Assembly (NCBI GenBank): GCA_020536535.1
Contig: JAHLWZ010000231.1
Span: forward strand, 1 to 64,000
DNA length: 64,000 nucleotides
Direction of reading: 5' to 3'
From: Pelomyxa schiedti
Lineage: Eukaryota > Protista > Evosea
Below are positions 35,274 through 47,809 of the stretch, piece after piece. The notes beneath the pieces were generated by a model, which saw only the letters and a list, made by a program, of their open reading frames with translations, was not told the origin of the DNA and did no database searches. Made by a program: the position numbers and the translations under genes. How positions within the stretch are numbered: the first letter of the stretch is position 1; the number at the start of each line of letters is the position of its first letter.

Positions 35274-35476
35274 CCCCAATCCGGCTCAAAAGCCACTGTT
35301 CTCCTTGTAAAACTGTGTATCCTTATGGATCAATACAGAAATTAATGACTCCACATCCTCTCGGTTTCAATAACCGAGGTATCACTACACTGAACACATA
35401 CACCAAACCATGTGTACAAGAAATAAAACAAAAGCAGTGTTTTTAGTTTCTTCCAAATTTGCAAATGTTTTTAGTC

Positions 35477-38400
35477 TTAGGCCTTATTTGGCAAAACTTT
35501 GAGTGGGGCATGGCTATCCCCATTCTCAGAAAGAAGGAGTACGTGTTGCTTTGCCCTTGTGGGGTCTCCCCAGCAGTGTACAGCCACAAGGGATAAGCAC
35601 TCGGGCTCCTGCGAGGCCTGGGCCCTCCTTCTTGTGATTGTGCCCAAACTCCCGGTGCCGCTCCGGGTAAGTGCCCTAAGAGGGGGAGGGGGCGGCGCAG
35701 ACGAAAGTGAACCAGGCCCGGGAGCAGGAGGGGCACCGGGAGGCGGGGGGGTGGCTGGCTGCGGAGTGCTGGTGAGCGCCGAGGACAGCGGGGATGGGGA
35801 TGGGGATGGGGAAAGGGAGGCGGAAGCTAGCGGGGATGATGGAGCTGGCGAGGAGGCGGGGGGAGGCGAGGGTGTGGCTCTGCTGGCCAGCATGCGGGGG
35901 CTGGAGCGGGGTGAGGAATTGTTACCTGAGGGGGTCCCTGTCGTGGGCTCCGGGGTGGAATTCTTCCATAGGATGAAGGCCGGAGTTTGGGTTATTTGGG
36001 CTATGGCGTCGAGGATGCCAGCGGGCTTGGATGGTTCCGTTTTGTTGGTGTTGGCAAGTATATTGAGGGTGTGTGTGTACCCATTCCAGCTGAAGAACCT
36101 CTCCACAAACATACAAAACACTTGTTGTCCTTGGCACCAAACATCGAGAGTCTTTTCACACGGTTCCACTTCTTGAAGATAGAGTGAACTAAGCTTGGTG
36201 TACTCACAAAGAGCCTTCTCTTTCGTGGAAGAAAGAATATCCGTAGGGGATGCGGTATTGGTTATTGCCGAGCCACCTAATATTTCAATAGCTTGCCGTC
36301 GGAAATTTTCACAGCCTTCTAAGTAAGACTTTTTAACTGCAGTTATGTGCGGCCAGTGTTGTTCTAGGAGTTCACAAATATTTTTTTGGAATTTGCCTAG
36401 TAGAACGGCCTTGATCTCAGTTGCAACTATATAGCGAATCTCACTTTGAGAAGAAACTGAGAGGAGTTGGAATATTGCCCTATCCCTCTCTGGGCTGGGC
36501 TGGAAAAATGTTTCCTCATAATTGCTCACTTCAATAATAGTCTTTTCAAGGCAGAAAGAGAACTTAGTGCTATGCACCAGCCCAATATGTGTAACTGGAT
36601 CCGAAGTTACGTGAGTTTTTGCACCTCGCTGCTTCAGTAGTAAAGCATTCAAGGGAGTCAATCCCTGAACGAGATGAATATCTGCACCCCCAGCCATTAC
36701 AGGACATGAAGTTGCACTCGAAATACGTCTTTCGCAAATGCTGGTGAATTGTCCGTCATGGAGTTGAAGTTTAAACCAACAAAGACCTGACATTGTTATG
36801 ACAACCAGCAAATTCCTCCAAGCTGTAACTGATGAAATGTGTTCAGGCAACTTGATATCGGCAATGAACCTCTGAAGTTGTGTATCAAAGACAAGTATTA
36901 GACCACCGCCACATGACAAGACAAATAATTTCCCATCCTCACCAGCAAAGGTGCTGAGTTGTGGAAGAGGGGCAGTGGTTACAAAGGAAGGAACTATCAG
37001 TGGGTGACTTTTCTCTGGTTCTGTCAATGAACATTCGGCAAGACTATTTATGAAGAAGATATTCTTTCTACTGTCAAAAGCTACAAGAGCCTTTGTATCA
37101 CGGGAAAATTCTATGTGTTCGATGGATTGCCAGCAGTTTACTGTGTTTTGAGCCTCAATATCAAAAATAAGGGAGACAGTCTCAAATCCTTTTAAATTCC
37201 ACACAAGCAAGGTTCCGCAAGGTGAGAACTTAGAGTCACAGTATACTCTAGTTGTGTTCTTAAACTCGACGGGTAGTGGTGTGACTGTGCACTTCCCATC
37301 CTTAAGAGATAAAAGAGTGAGCGTCCCATCATCCATATCCGTTGAAGCTAGGAGTTCTTTGGTCATAGAATAAGCACTTCTGCTTCGAATTAATTTAAGT
37401 GGTGTTCTGAGACAAGCGAGTTCCACCCAAGGTGGATCAAGTTGCCAAAACTTTACTTTATGATGGGAAATGAGTGCCACTCTGTCGCTTAATAGAACTG
37501 AACTACAATCTGCAGAATTGTGCTTCCTAACTGTGTGTACTTTCTCTTTATGGGATGTACTCCACAGAGAAAAAGAGTCATTTCGGTCGTCAAGAAAGAG
37601 GCTTCCATCTTGTGTAAAGTGACCCCTAAAAAATAGGTTTACAGCAGGAACGATGCTCGATTTGTTTATTGCTTTGACAGAATTGATTCCTCGGAGAAGA
37701 ACGCAATTTCCAGAGTGGAATGCGTAATATCGGTTATCTGGTGAGATGGTTTCAAATAATATGGCATCTCTGAACAAGGAGAAGCCATTTTCTGCATCCC
37801 AAATTGACATGACATTCCGTGTATCCCCAGAATACCCCCTAGAAAGAATTGATGCCTGAAGGGATATGAGAGTCGTGAGATTGCCAGAAAAGAGGAAATT
37901 CCCATTCGGAGAGAATTCAAGCAAGTCAATGGGCAATTTTATTTTTGATGCATGAAGGGTAAACAGGGACTTGAGTTCGTTGACTTCATTCATTTCAATT
38001 ATCTGTATGGTGCCATTTTGTAGACCCATTGCCAGTAACTTATTGCCATACGTTGTGCAGCAACACACAGGTGCTTCACAAATGACCGACTTCTGGAGCT
38101 TCTTTCCAGTTGCAAAATCGAGCAAGGAAACCTCCTCACAATTTACAGAGACGGCACAGTCAAGGAAAACGTTATGCATTATGGGAATACTGCTCTTCCA
38201 ACTCCCTTCCCAGACCTTGGTCCAGCTTGTAGTATCCCAGCATGATAGAGAATCTTCAGTTTGCACCACAAAGTATTTATTACTGAGTGAGAACTGGCCT
38301 GCGGCATGATGTGGGAACTTAAAGCATAGAGAACCACTGTCACTGTCATAGACCAGAACTGCCTTTGCCATTGTGGAAGATGTGGCCAGGAATCGGCTGT

Positions 38401-41400
38401 CACCTGAAAAATATGGAAGACTTAAGATTCCAGAAAAGCTTCGCTTAAAAAGCTGTACGTGACTCTGAGCATCAAACATCACCAACTCTTTGTTATTGGT
38501 AGCACATAGTTTCTTGCCATCAGGAGAGAAGAAGCAGTAACCATAAAAAGCTTTATCCAAATTGTAGAATTGGATTTCTCCATGACCAGAAAAATCAACC
38601 AAAACAACACCTTCACCAGCCACCGACATCAGTTTGTCCTTGGGTGAAAAACTGCAGTAACAAACAACGTCAGTCTCGAATTTAATTTCGGCCTCACCAA
38701 AATCCACACCACCCATTTTGCACTGAGATAAATTGGTGTTTTGCAAACAAGTCTGCTGCATATCACATCCACTCAGATCAGAGTGACTAAGATCAGCAGC
38801 TGAGAAAAACCCACAACTTAAATTTGCATCTGGAATTTGGACTCCTTGAAGGTTGCACTCACAAAAATTGTGGTTTGCTTGAATTAAAACTGTGATAGCA
38901 TTGCTTGCTGCAGTTGCGAATGATGAATTCTCACTTCTCTCAGTTTTTAATAGTCGATTTCTTGATTTGTCAACAAACATAAGAAGTGCATCCCTGAAGT
39001 GTAGATGTCTATCAGGCAGAGTATCGTCATAGAGAACAAGTTCTGTAAGAAATGCCGTTACTTCGGGGTGGGCTCTCAGTGGTTTGAAGTTCAAAGCCTG
39101 GGCAGCAGGAGGAGGGACAAAAGCATTGCACAACTGAGTCTCTCTGCGTGAACAAAATTTCCTTATGCAGGATCTTAATTTTAGGAGAGCTGCCAGTGGG
39201 AATGAGATGCATTTTCGGGCATCTTCCACAACTGTTTTTATGTTGACAATTCCGTGCTTTGTCCCCTCAGCAATGCATGCGTCATAGGGGCTTTCACCCC
39301 TCCCGATTCTGCGTATTACTTCTTCCAAACTTAAGGGGTTTCCAGAGTTTTGTGAAAGTGTCATCAGAACCTGGTGAACAAAATTGCTAGATATTTTAGA
39401 CCTGGTTGCCTGTAGCGCTTGTCGAATACGAAATTCACGGAAGTGAGTGTAGGATTGTCCAACGCATTCAAGGCAGTCATGGTAGATTTTTTGAGCAATG
39501 AAATACTCCATGATTGTTTTATGAAGGAACCTTGTGAAAGAATTGTTAATTTAGCGAATTACAAGTTTGTTAGATACATGTAGTTGTTGGCTCCCTTTTG
39601 TTGCAATATACAACCGGATCTAACAAGTTCCACAGCAGGATTTATACAACTGAAAAATCTTTCAAGTTGATGGTGCATGTCAAGAACTCTGGCTCCATCC
39701 TTTCTAGTCCACTTGGGAGAATAGCGTATAAGACTTGTCCCATGAGAAAACATGTAAAAAGCAAGTTCTTCACTAAAATATCTGTAGTCTCGAGCAATGT
39801 CACCCCTGACCTATATCCACCAATTAATACCAGGTCCAGCTATAATTATAAAGGAACCTGGAAGTCAAACATAATATTGTCCTCACCAGGGTTCTCACAG
39901 GCCACAGAAGCGTCATTTAATCTCTCAGGGGTAATTTTGGATTTCTCTTTTTGAAACCAATGCTCGGTAAATCGATCGTATAGCTCAAGGCGTGTCAATT
40001 TGTACGAATTCCTTGCGGATTTATGCTTGTGTGCCCCACGAACAGAGTCTTCAAGTTTTTGTTTCACCTCATCATGTTGATATTTTTCCACAAGAGACGG
40101 AAGAATTTCCATAAAAATAGACAGGACAAATGGTGTCTTTATGAGGTCTTTGATGCCACCAAGCTTGGCCTCAAATTCTTCATATAGGTCCGCACAGAGA
40201 GCTGCTTGACCTCCTCCATAATGCCGGTAATTAGCAACATACTCCTTGATTTTTCTATCATCAAACACTTCAATATGCCAACATAGAACTTCTTCTGCAT
40301 TCAGCGTGGAACTTTTCAATGTGGTGAATTGTTTGTTCCAATCTTGGCTGACCGCTTCAGCTCTACTTGTTATTAGTAGTTGTGCGTTCCAATCCGCGAA
40401 ATTGTTTGTTTTGCATAGATTAACCCCAGGGTCCAATTTGATCTCATCAAAGCCATCGAGAATAATCAACAGACGCTGTTGCCGAATTTTGAGGATTTCA
40501 ATATTCTCAAATGTAAAGCCCTCGTTCAACAGAAATTTTTCCAGCAAGTTTTTCCTGTGCCAACAATTAGAGTGGGCCAATTAGTGGTGTGTACATACTT
40601 AGGATCTTTGACTGTGGCCAAAGAAATTATTATCGGGAAAATATTGAATTTGTCGAACTGTTCCCACAGTTTCTTGGCAATGAATTTTGCAAAGATGGAT
40701 TTTCCAGTACCACCAGGGCCTAAAAGGAGCAGTGTCTTAGGTCTTTGCCCTGGGAGTCCATTTGAAGTGCTTGTCAGTTGAAGGAAATCAGAATAAAATG
40801 TAGAACTCAGATCAAAGCATTTTTCTTTTGGATCATTGACCTCTAACTTTCCTTGAGTCTCGATGTACAACTTGAGTTCTTGCTCAAGGTTGGGGTCACT
40901 AAAAAATTTATCTCTGAACTCCCTAATCTGGTCATCAACCGAACCTCTAAGCAACTCTTGCAACACTTTCTTAGCTTTTTGCAAAAGTTCTCCGTTTGCA
41001 TCCTCCTCATCCGCTTGGATTTCTGGAAACTCCGCGCGAGAGTCATTAAGGATAGATTTCAGTTCCACAATGGGGTGAACTTGAAAAGAAGCACTCTCAG
41101 AACTTCGTTCACATTGTATTTGCCCAAGTAAAGTGGCAAAGGGCTCCAACTTGCTTGATATGTAGGCAATTGCCTTTGCGGGAAAGATATTGCTGTTCGC
41201 TTTTAAGGTGCCCTGTAGGTGCCTAATCCTCTCGTCATTCCTTGGTAAATTTTTTCTTAGCTTGGCTGGTACAGGTTGGTCGAAGTCAAAAGAGGATGTC
41301 CCAGACATGTCAATAAAGACCCAAGTTTCCCGCATATGAATGTATGCAAGGAGCCCTTGGGATTTCCTACTGGCTTTAGCTTCCTCTATAGCTCTCTCAA

Positions 41401-43925
41401 ACTGTTTGCCACTGCTCTGAAAGCTTGCTACTGCAATATCGACTCCCAAGTGTCTTGCAAGTTGCTGTTCTTCCAGTACTATGAATTGTTCCACATCTTC
41501 TAGCTGTTGCATTGCGCATAATTTGATTGCTTCTGGAAATTTTGTGTATTCCTTCAGTCTGTAAAGTATCAGAACTTGCAGCCCCCCATCAGCAGAGCTG
41601 CTAGAAAGTGTCTCATCTCCAGGCCCCTGTCCCAACAAAACTTTTCGCATCTGTTCAATACACCACTTCTTTAATTCCAGATTGCCAAGAAGTGGTTTTG
41701 ATCTCACAATACCTGCGTTTTCATTAAGACGTCTCAACGGTGTAGCAATTATCGGTCTCACCATCGAGGAGATTCATATAGCCAATAGTGAAATCCTGTT
41801 CTCCAAAGACTCTGGACGACACCTTGTTTGCCAATCCTGACACCTTCTTCTTAGCATCTGACACAATTTTGGAGGCAGTTGGTTTATCTTTGATAGGCCC
41901 CAGAGCTGAGGAGTCTGTAGTAACTGGCTTCTCTGTGAGGACATTTCGTCCATGTACTCTGGTATTCCAAAATATCTTTGCTGCGTGGTCTACTAACAAG
42001 AGCCGTTCTTGTGCAGTGGAGGAAAGCCTGCTTAGTTTAAAAAGGTCGAGCTCAATTAAGAACAACTGATCCATCCAGCTTTTTTGTATATTAGTTTCTT
42101 CAAGAGAACTTTTTACTCCTTTTGCTGCATCAACAAGTGAGGAGATGTCCCATTGATTAACCAAATTTGCTAGACCTTGCATCACCATAACACCTAAGAA
42201 CAGTATTGAGGACGACGTTCCTGGGTTTTAGGGAGTCCTACCATGTCCAACCCATTTGACAACACTATCAAGCAATTCTGAGGTATCTTCAATTCTAAGA
42301 AGATTCTGTTTGGCAACTTCGGCAGCAGCAGCAACATAACACTCCTTTCTATTGTAATCTGCAAAGCATCCTTTTATTTCATTGAGAGAGGTGGCCATTT
42401 GGGTTTTGTCTTCCACCCTGGGGGAACGTGAGTGCCAAGGAGGAAGTGATAGGACAACTTGAGTTGGGAGACCCCTGCAGCCCATAGCGATCTCAGAACA
42501 TTGCTTATTGCCTGAAGAACACAGTAAACTCTCTCGGCATTCGCACTTTGGGTATGCATGCCAGCCACTTTCGATGTTAGTACCTGAAGGACCTTCGTCA
42601 TCCTGAAGAGTAGTTGGAAGTCTGTGGGTATTGCAACTACTCACTGGTCTTCCGCAAATAGGTCACATTTTGCTTCGCTGAGAACAAATGCCACAGCATC
42701 GACCATTCCAACATTGATTAGGACATCTTGGTTCACTGCATTGATGAATGCATCCAAAAGTAACTGGACAACTTCGCTATCATCTACAAGTGCTAGTTGC
42801 TTCACTTCGTCAATCAAAAATTGCGGTTTGACTGGCGTTAAGGCAAACTGATTGATGACTTCAATGCACAATCTCCTTAAGGGATCTTTTCGGCTAAGTC
42901 GCTGTGAAAGAGCTTGTGCAGGCATGTCAATAACCGGCCTTCCACTACCTGTCACTGTGTCCAAAAGCAACTTTGCAGCTTGCTTCACGGTGTCAAAAAT
43001 GCCTTTCAAGCTGGCTGCAGTGCTCTTAGACTCAGTTGGAACTTTAACATGCTTGTTGAGCTCCTCGAGTCGCACTTGAGCAGTTTCTTTGATGCCAGAC
43101 GAGAGGATATGTGAAAGCTCATTCACACTGGACACCATTTTGATTTTTGTCGCATCCGACACGTGCTGTTCACTACGTTCCGGTATAACTTGCAATGGGG
43201 CAGCAGTAGATGGTGAAGTAACATTACTTGAAGATGTCCCTGCGTCCGGAGTAGGAGCCAATGTGTTAGTGGGCTTAGACACATCCTCTTCCCTGATTGT
43301 TTTTGGCAGTGAATTGCAGGGTTTTTCTGCTAGAGTGGGAGGCAATTCAGGAGGCACCCATTGAATGGTAACGTGCAATTTGCCTTTTGGGACATCCTTT
43401 TTAGTCTTAAGCTTTCACAGTAATATTGGTAGTATACAGTTAAGTCAAGCAACTGGTCAGAAACTTCTCTGTCAACCAAAGTGCTCAAATCACATATTGC
43501 ACTACCAAGAGGAGTATCAGCTTTGTGTTTGACATGGCTCTACGTGCAGTTAAAGGATATCAGGTTTTTTTGACATACCCAAACTCTAAAAGCTATAGCT
43601 TTAGGTTTTTCCCTTGTTTCGTACACAAACTCTTGCTCCCACTATTAAAAAAATCAGCCTCAGAGAAAGGGGTGAAAAAAAAAGGGAGGAAAACCCTGGG
43701 GGTTGTAGCTGAGCTCGATAGTTTCGTTTCGCCAATCAAAACGTTGCCGTCATGCACAACGATTTCAACGAAGGGCAACGCTAGACTGTGCGTTTAGTTT
43801 TGCTTTTGTGGCTGCAAGGGGATTTTTTTTTTGTTGCTTTCTTTTCGTGTTGGTGTTCAACCTCCTTCGTGATTGACAGGAACAAGGTGCCGAGCACTGA
43901 CAACTGACACTCCCAGAGTGCCCAT
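35477..43925 (-). CDS. Giant STAND protein: C2 domain - helical/ARM-like region - NACHT - pentapeptide repeats - WD40 propellers - C-terminal domain
   Basis: ATG 43925 MGTLGVSVVSARHL...PLGSAICDLSTL...GKLHVTIQW (C2). Walker A LLGPGGTGKS, Walker B LIILDGFDE, LITSR, TPFVLSIFMEILP, FLHKTIMEYFIA. AASNAITVLIQAN, then pentapeptide repeats NLQGVQIPDANLSCGFFSAADLSHSDLSG...GVDFGE. Many FSP[DN]G WD repeats. Confidence 0.85.
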
Positions 43926-44151
43926 TCGTCCCCCAAACGACAACCTTTGACGTTGTTCCCGAAAACCAAAAAAGCAAACTGCACACTTTCTCAGGAAAAA
44001 GGGAGGAAGGATTCCCCCTCCAAGACATATCGAGAGTCCTCGGTCACCCGGGTGTTCACTGTGTCCCTCCAAGAACGCACTTTGAACCGTTGTTGGCCTT
44101 TGATTTCTTCGGTGATTCAGAGGCACTCAGTTCAAGCAGATTCGTTATGAG

Positions 44152-47100
44152 ATGAACAAAGGCGAAGAGGGAGACAGCAACAGCCGGGCACGATCGTTGC
44201 TCCTCACATTTGACAAGCTGTTGTATGGAGGAGGGAGCGGCGGGGCCGTGGGTGGTTCGAGGCAGCTGCAACAACAGCAGCCGGGGTTTGGCGTTGTTGG
44301 GTCGTCGCCCGCCCCCGCGCCCTTGGTTGGGATTATGGGAGGCGAGGGGGGTCCCGGCGTTGCTCAGCAGTACCGCGCTTTGCTACTGATTCCCACGTTG
44401 TTTTCTTTGACTTCAAATTCGGCCACTCTCAATGCTGTAACTTCGATTTCTTGCCTCTTTCTTTTTTAAAACCCTGGCACCGAATCTCTTGTGTTTATCT
44501 TTGTGTTAGGCTTTTATGAAGATGGCTGATGTATTTATAAACACAACGTAACTTCCTCTTTATTGGTCCCATAATGTTTGTTATGCTTTGGGGGTAATTA
44601 TTGTCGTACTGGCAGGAGTAACCTCATACGCCACTGCATATTCCAAGTTGTCTCCAACCCGAATGTAATCAAGTCTCACCATCTTATCACTTGTGCTGAT
44701 GAAGTTATATCGAGATTCCACAGCGTAAGATAGCTCTACTGCAAGATGGTAGAATTCAATATTTATGTTGTATATAGGTTTTGCTATCAAATGATCCAAT
44801 TGCAAGAGCTATCACTTTGAGGTTTCTTCCTGAAGATTGGTCGAAGCTGAACTTTTCTGCAGGGTTTTTTCGTCCATGCCCACGTTGATTCGTAATCAGC
44901 TACTTGTGCATCATGGGTATAAACAAATGCATTCTGTGAAACCAATCTAAGCTACCAGGCTCATCACAATTCCCCAGAGTGAGGAACAGCCTTGACTCGA
45001 ATAATCAATTGGAAGTGGATGCCTCTATCGCCACTATCGAATCGTTATGCAGTTGCTCTTGCATTTTTGCGGAGAGTATTATAACTCGGCTTGATGCAAT
45101 GATAAAGGGTAGGATTTGTGACAGGTGGGCTTGGTGACTTATCATTTCTCCAGAATTAGTTACCCCACTGCAAAAGAAATTAAAAATAATAAGGATCCTC
45201 AGACATATGCACCATACTGCTGCGTTGTCTCAACAAGTATTGAAACTGTATTAGTTAATAATACCCGGTCAATGCTTCCCAGGCTGAAGCAATCTGCCGT
45301 GAAATGTTAAAGCGATACCCTTTGTCAGTCGTTTATTTGGTTACACTGGATACGTTGACTTCTCTGGCGTGCACTTCAGTTATAATAATACCCAAGCAAG
45401 TTATCAACCATTCTTCTTTCTATTCCCAATTTTCTTAAATACGGATAGGTGGATTTCTTATTTACCACTTTGAAGCAAGATATGAGAGAAGAAGTGTGTG
45501 TTGCGTGCCTAAAGCACCTTGAGTGTTTAACGAAAGTTTCTCCTCATACAAGAGCTTCTACAAACAGAGTCGAGGTTTCGTTGCGTGGTGGAACTGGGTA
45601 GGCACACTCACCTCCCACAAGGAATTGCTTGGACTGGCTGAAATAAAGCACAAATTTAAGATCCACGACTCCATTTTACAAGTTTTTCAAGCTATGTGTC
45701 AGGCGCAACATGAAGCAATCCTGTGCAATTATGACAGACTGGTATGATTTCTTTGACTCTGTACTCAGACGCTACCCATACCCTTTTATCTATCTGTATT
45801 CATGCCTTCACACAGTTTAACCTTCTGGACCAACTTACATTCAATCGTGTCACTCCATCCCACATAGTGGCGTCCACGAAACTTGTTCAATGCTTGATGT
45901 TACGCTGTTCCGATTCCAGCGAAAAAAACCAAGAGTTTCTATCAAAAATGCAGAAATGGTTACTAGGAGCTGTATGCTTTGGTATTTCTTATCTCTTTAA
46001 ATCTGAGGATTCATCCAAGGGTACCTGATTTTTTTTTACCCCACAACAACCTAAACACAAATCAGACACTAGAATATCTGTAATACAGCTAGCACGTTTT
46101 TTGGTCAAGCAAGATTCCACACTCACTCCTCACATTATTGCGGCTCTTGTATCTGTTATTGAGGGCTCTTCTGGTATTCTCCTGTGCTATTTTTTTCCCC
46201 CTTAAGTTCATGTCAGTCATTCGGATTGAAGAACCCTCTGCGAATCTACTGAGCCAATGTATTTTCCTCATTGCTGCTCTAAGCCCTTCTTCCCTGTCTC
46301 CCCATATTAATACTTTGTGTGCTTACCTAACACGAACCCTGAAAAGTGCTAGCCTTCCGCTAATGGTACTCTGTTTTCTTTCCCATATCAGTGAAGTTCA
46401 TTGTTTCTATTATTTCAGAGAAACCTATGCGGGGCATTACTGCATTTCAGTGTGTATGACCAGCATCAAACCAAGCACTTACAACAGCACGTCTCTAGCG
46501 TTGCTCATCACCAAGCAGTTGAGGTAGTGCAAATGGTACTCCAGGCCTTGGTTGAGGAAAACCGGAACTGGGAATGCTTTATCATGGCTAGAGAAGCATT
46601 TTGTATTGGTCAGCACACCATTTCTACGAAACTCTTTTCTTCTCTGTCTCAAAAGGTAAGAGTATATTCCTGTGCACAAATCGGTCTTTCCTTAGACTTA
46701 GGTGGAGAGAGAACATTTCTATTTCTGGTTCCAGGCTCTATCAGAGATATCTTCAGCAGAAGTCCTTCTCACTGAACACACAAATGATGGACATGCAGCC
46801 TCTATGTGCTACCTATACCAAGCAAAAACACATTTAATGGTAAATTCTCCTCTGTGGTTATTATTCTCAGTATCTTAGGCTGCTTCAGATTTTCAATATG
46901 CCTTTGCGTATCAAATAGAATTTGTATCCCTCCGAATTCAATATCTTGAAGCAGTGTTATCTACTTGGTATCTTTGCCTTCCCTGATCAACCTTTTTCCC
47001 AAAATCTTGTGCTCTCAGTGCATGGATTGATGAGGCCTACTCGCCTCACTCAAGTCAAGCCAGTCAAGCTGTATTAATTCTTCCTTCCAGAAGTAAGGTT

Positions 47101-47724
47101 TAATAATACACCTTGATTAGGTACTGAACCAGCTGGAAAATGTACTTACCATGGCTGCACACTTTTTTGAGCACTTTCCTCATAAGTTAACTGCGATTGC
47201 TCAAGAGTAATTTGACCCCTCTCCTTCAGTGACATGACTTTCCCTACCCTTTTAGTTTTTGCATTGCAACTCATGTGATAAAGACTCTTCTGGATGTGGC
47301 AGGAGTAGGGTGTGTCAACCTTAAGGCTATCAATTGAGCTGATCACCACCTCACCACCAGACAACAGCAACTGGTGACTTGTTTTCCCCTGCCGCATGCA
47401 TTGAAAGAGAGCACTCTTCCTGCCGGTGTTACTAACTTACATTCCACCGCTTGGACAATGTTCCACAACGTTGAGAATTTCCAGAAGCTTGTTACAGCAA
47501 GCAGCAACACCACAGACGGCTCTGCCTCTGTTCAGGTTAATATTTACATACTATGCAGCATTGCCAACAAATGCCCAATCACCCCAAACACCCACCATAT
47601 TCACCACCCATAGTGCCAATTAACACCCAAACAGGCCACACTGCTTCTCAACATATGGAAGCTGGTAGAGCCCTCCCCTTTCCCTAGAGACTTTTTCTTT
47701 GTGGCCAAGAGACCATCACCCTGA
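44152..47724 (+). CDS. INTS7: Integrator complex subunit 7
   Basis: LLLTFDKLL, NA|AFMKMADVF, SNDPIARAITLR, RNSLDSNNQLEVDASI, WECFIMAREAF, EHFYFWFQALSEIS.AE, PFPRDFF match INTS7 conserved blocks. Confidence 0.85.
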
Positions 47725-47809
47725 ACAAACTTCCAGAAAAAAAAAAATTAACACCTGTTTTGAAGGCTGACGATAGCCGATCTCAATTTCAAATCTAAGG
47801 GAAAAAGGA

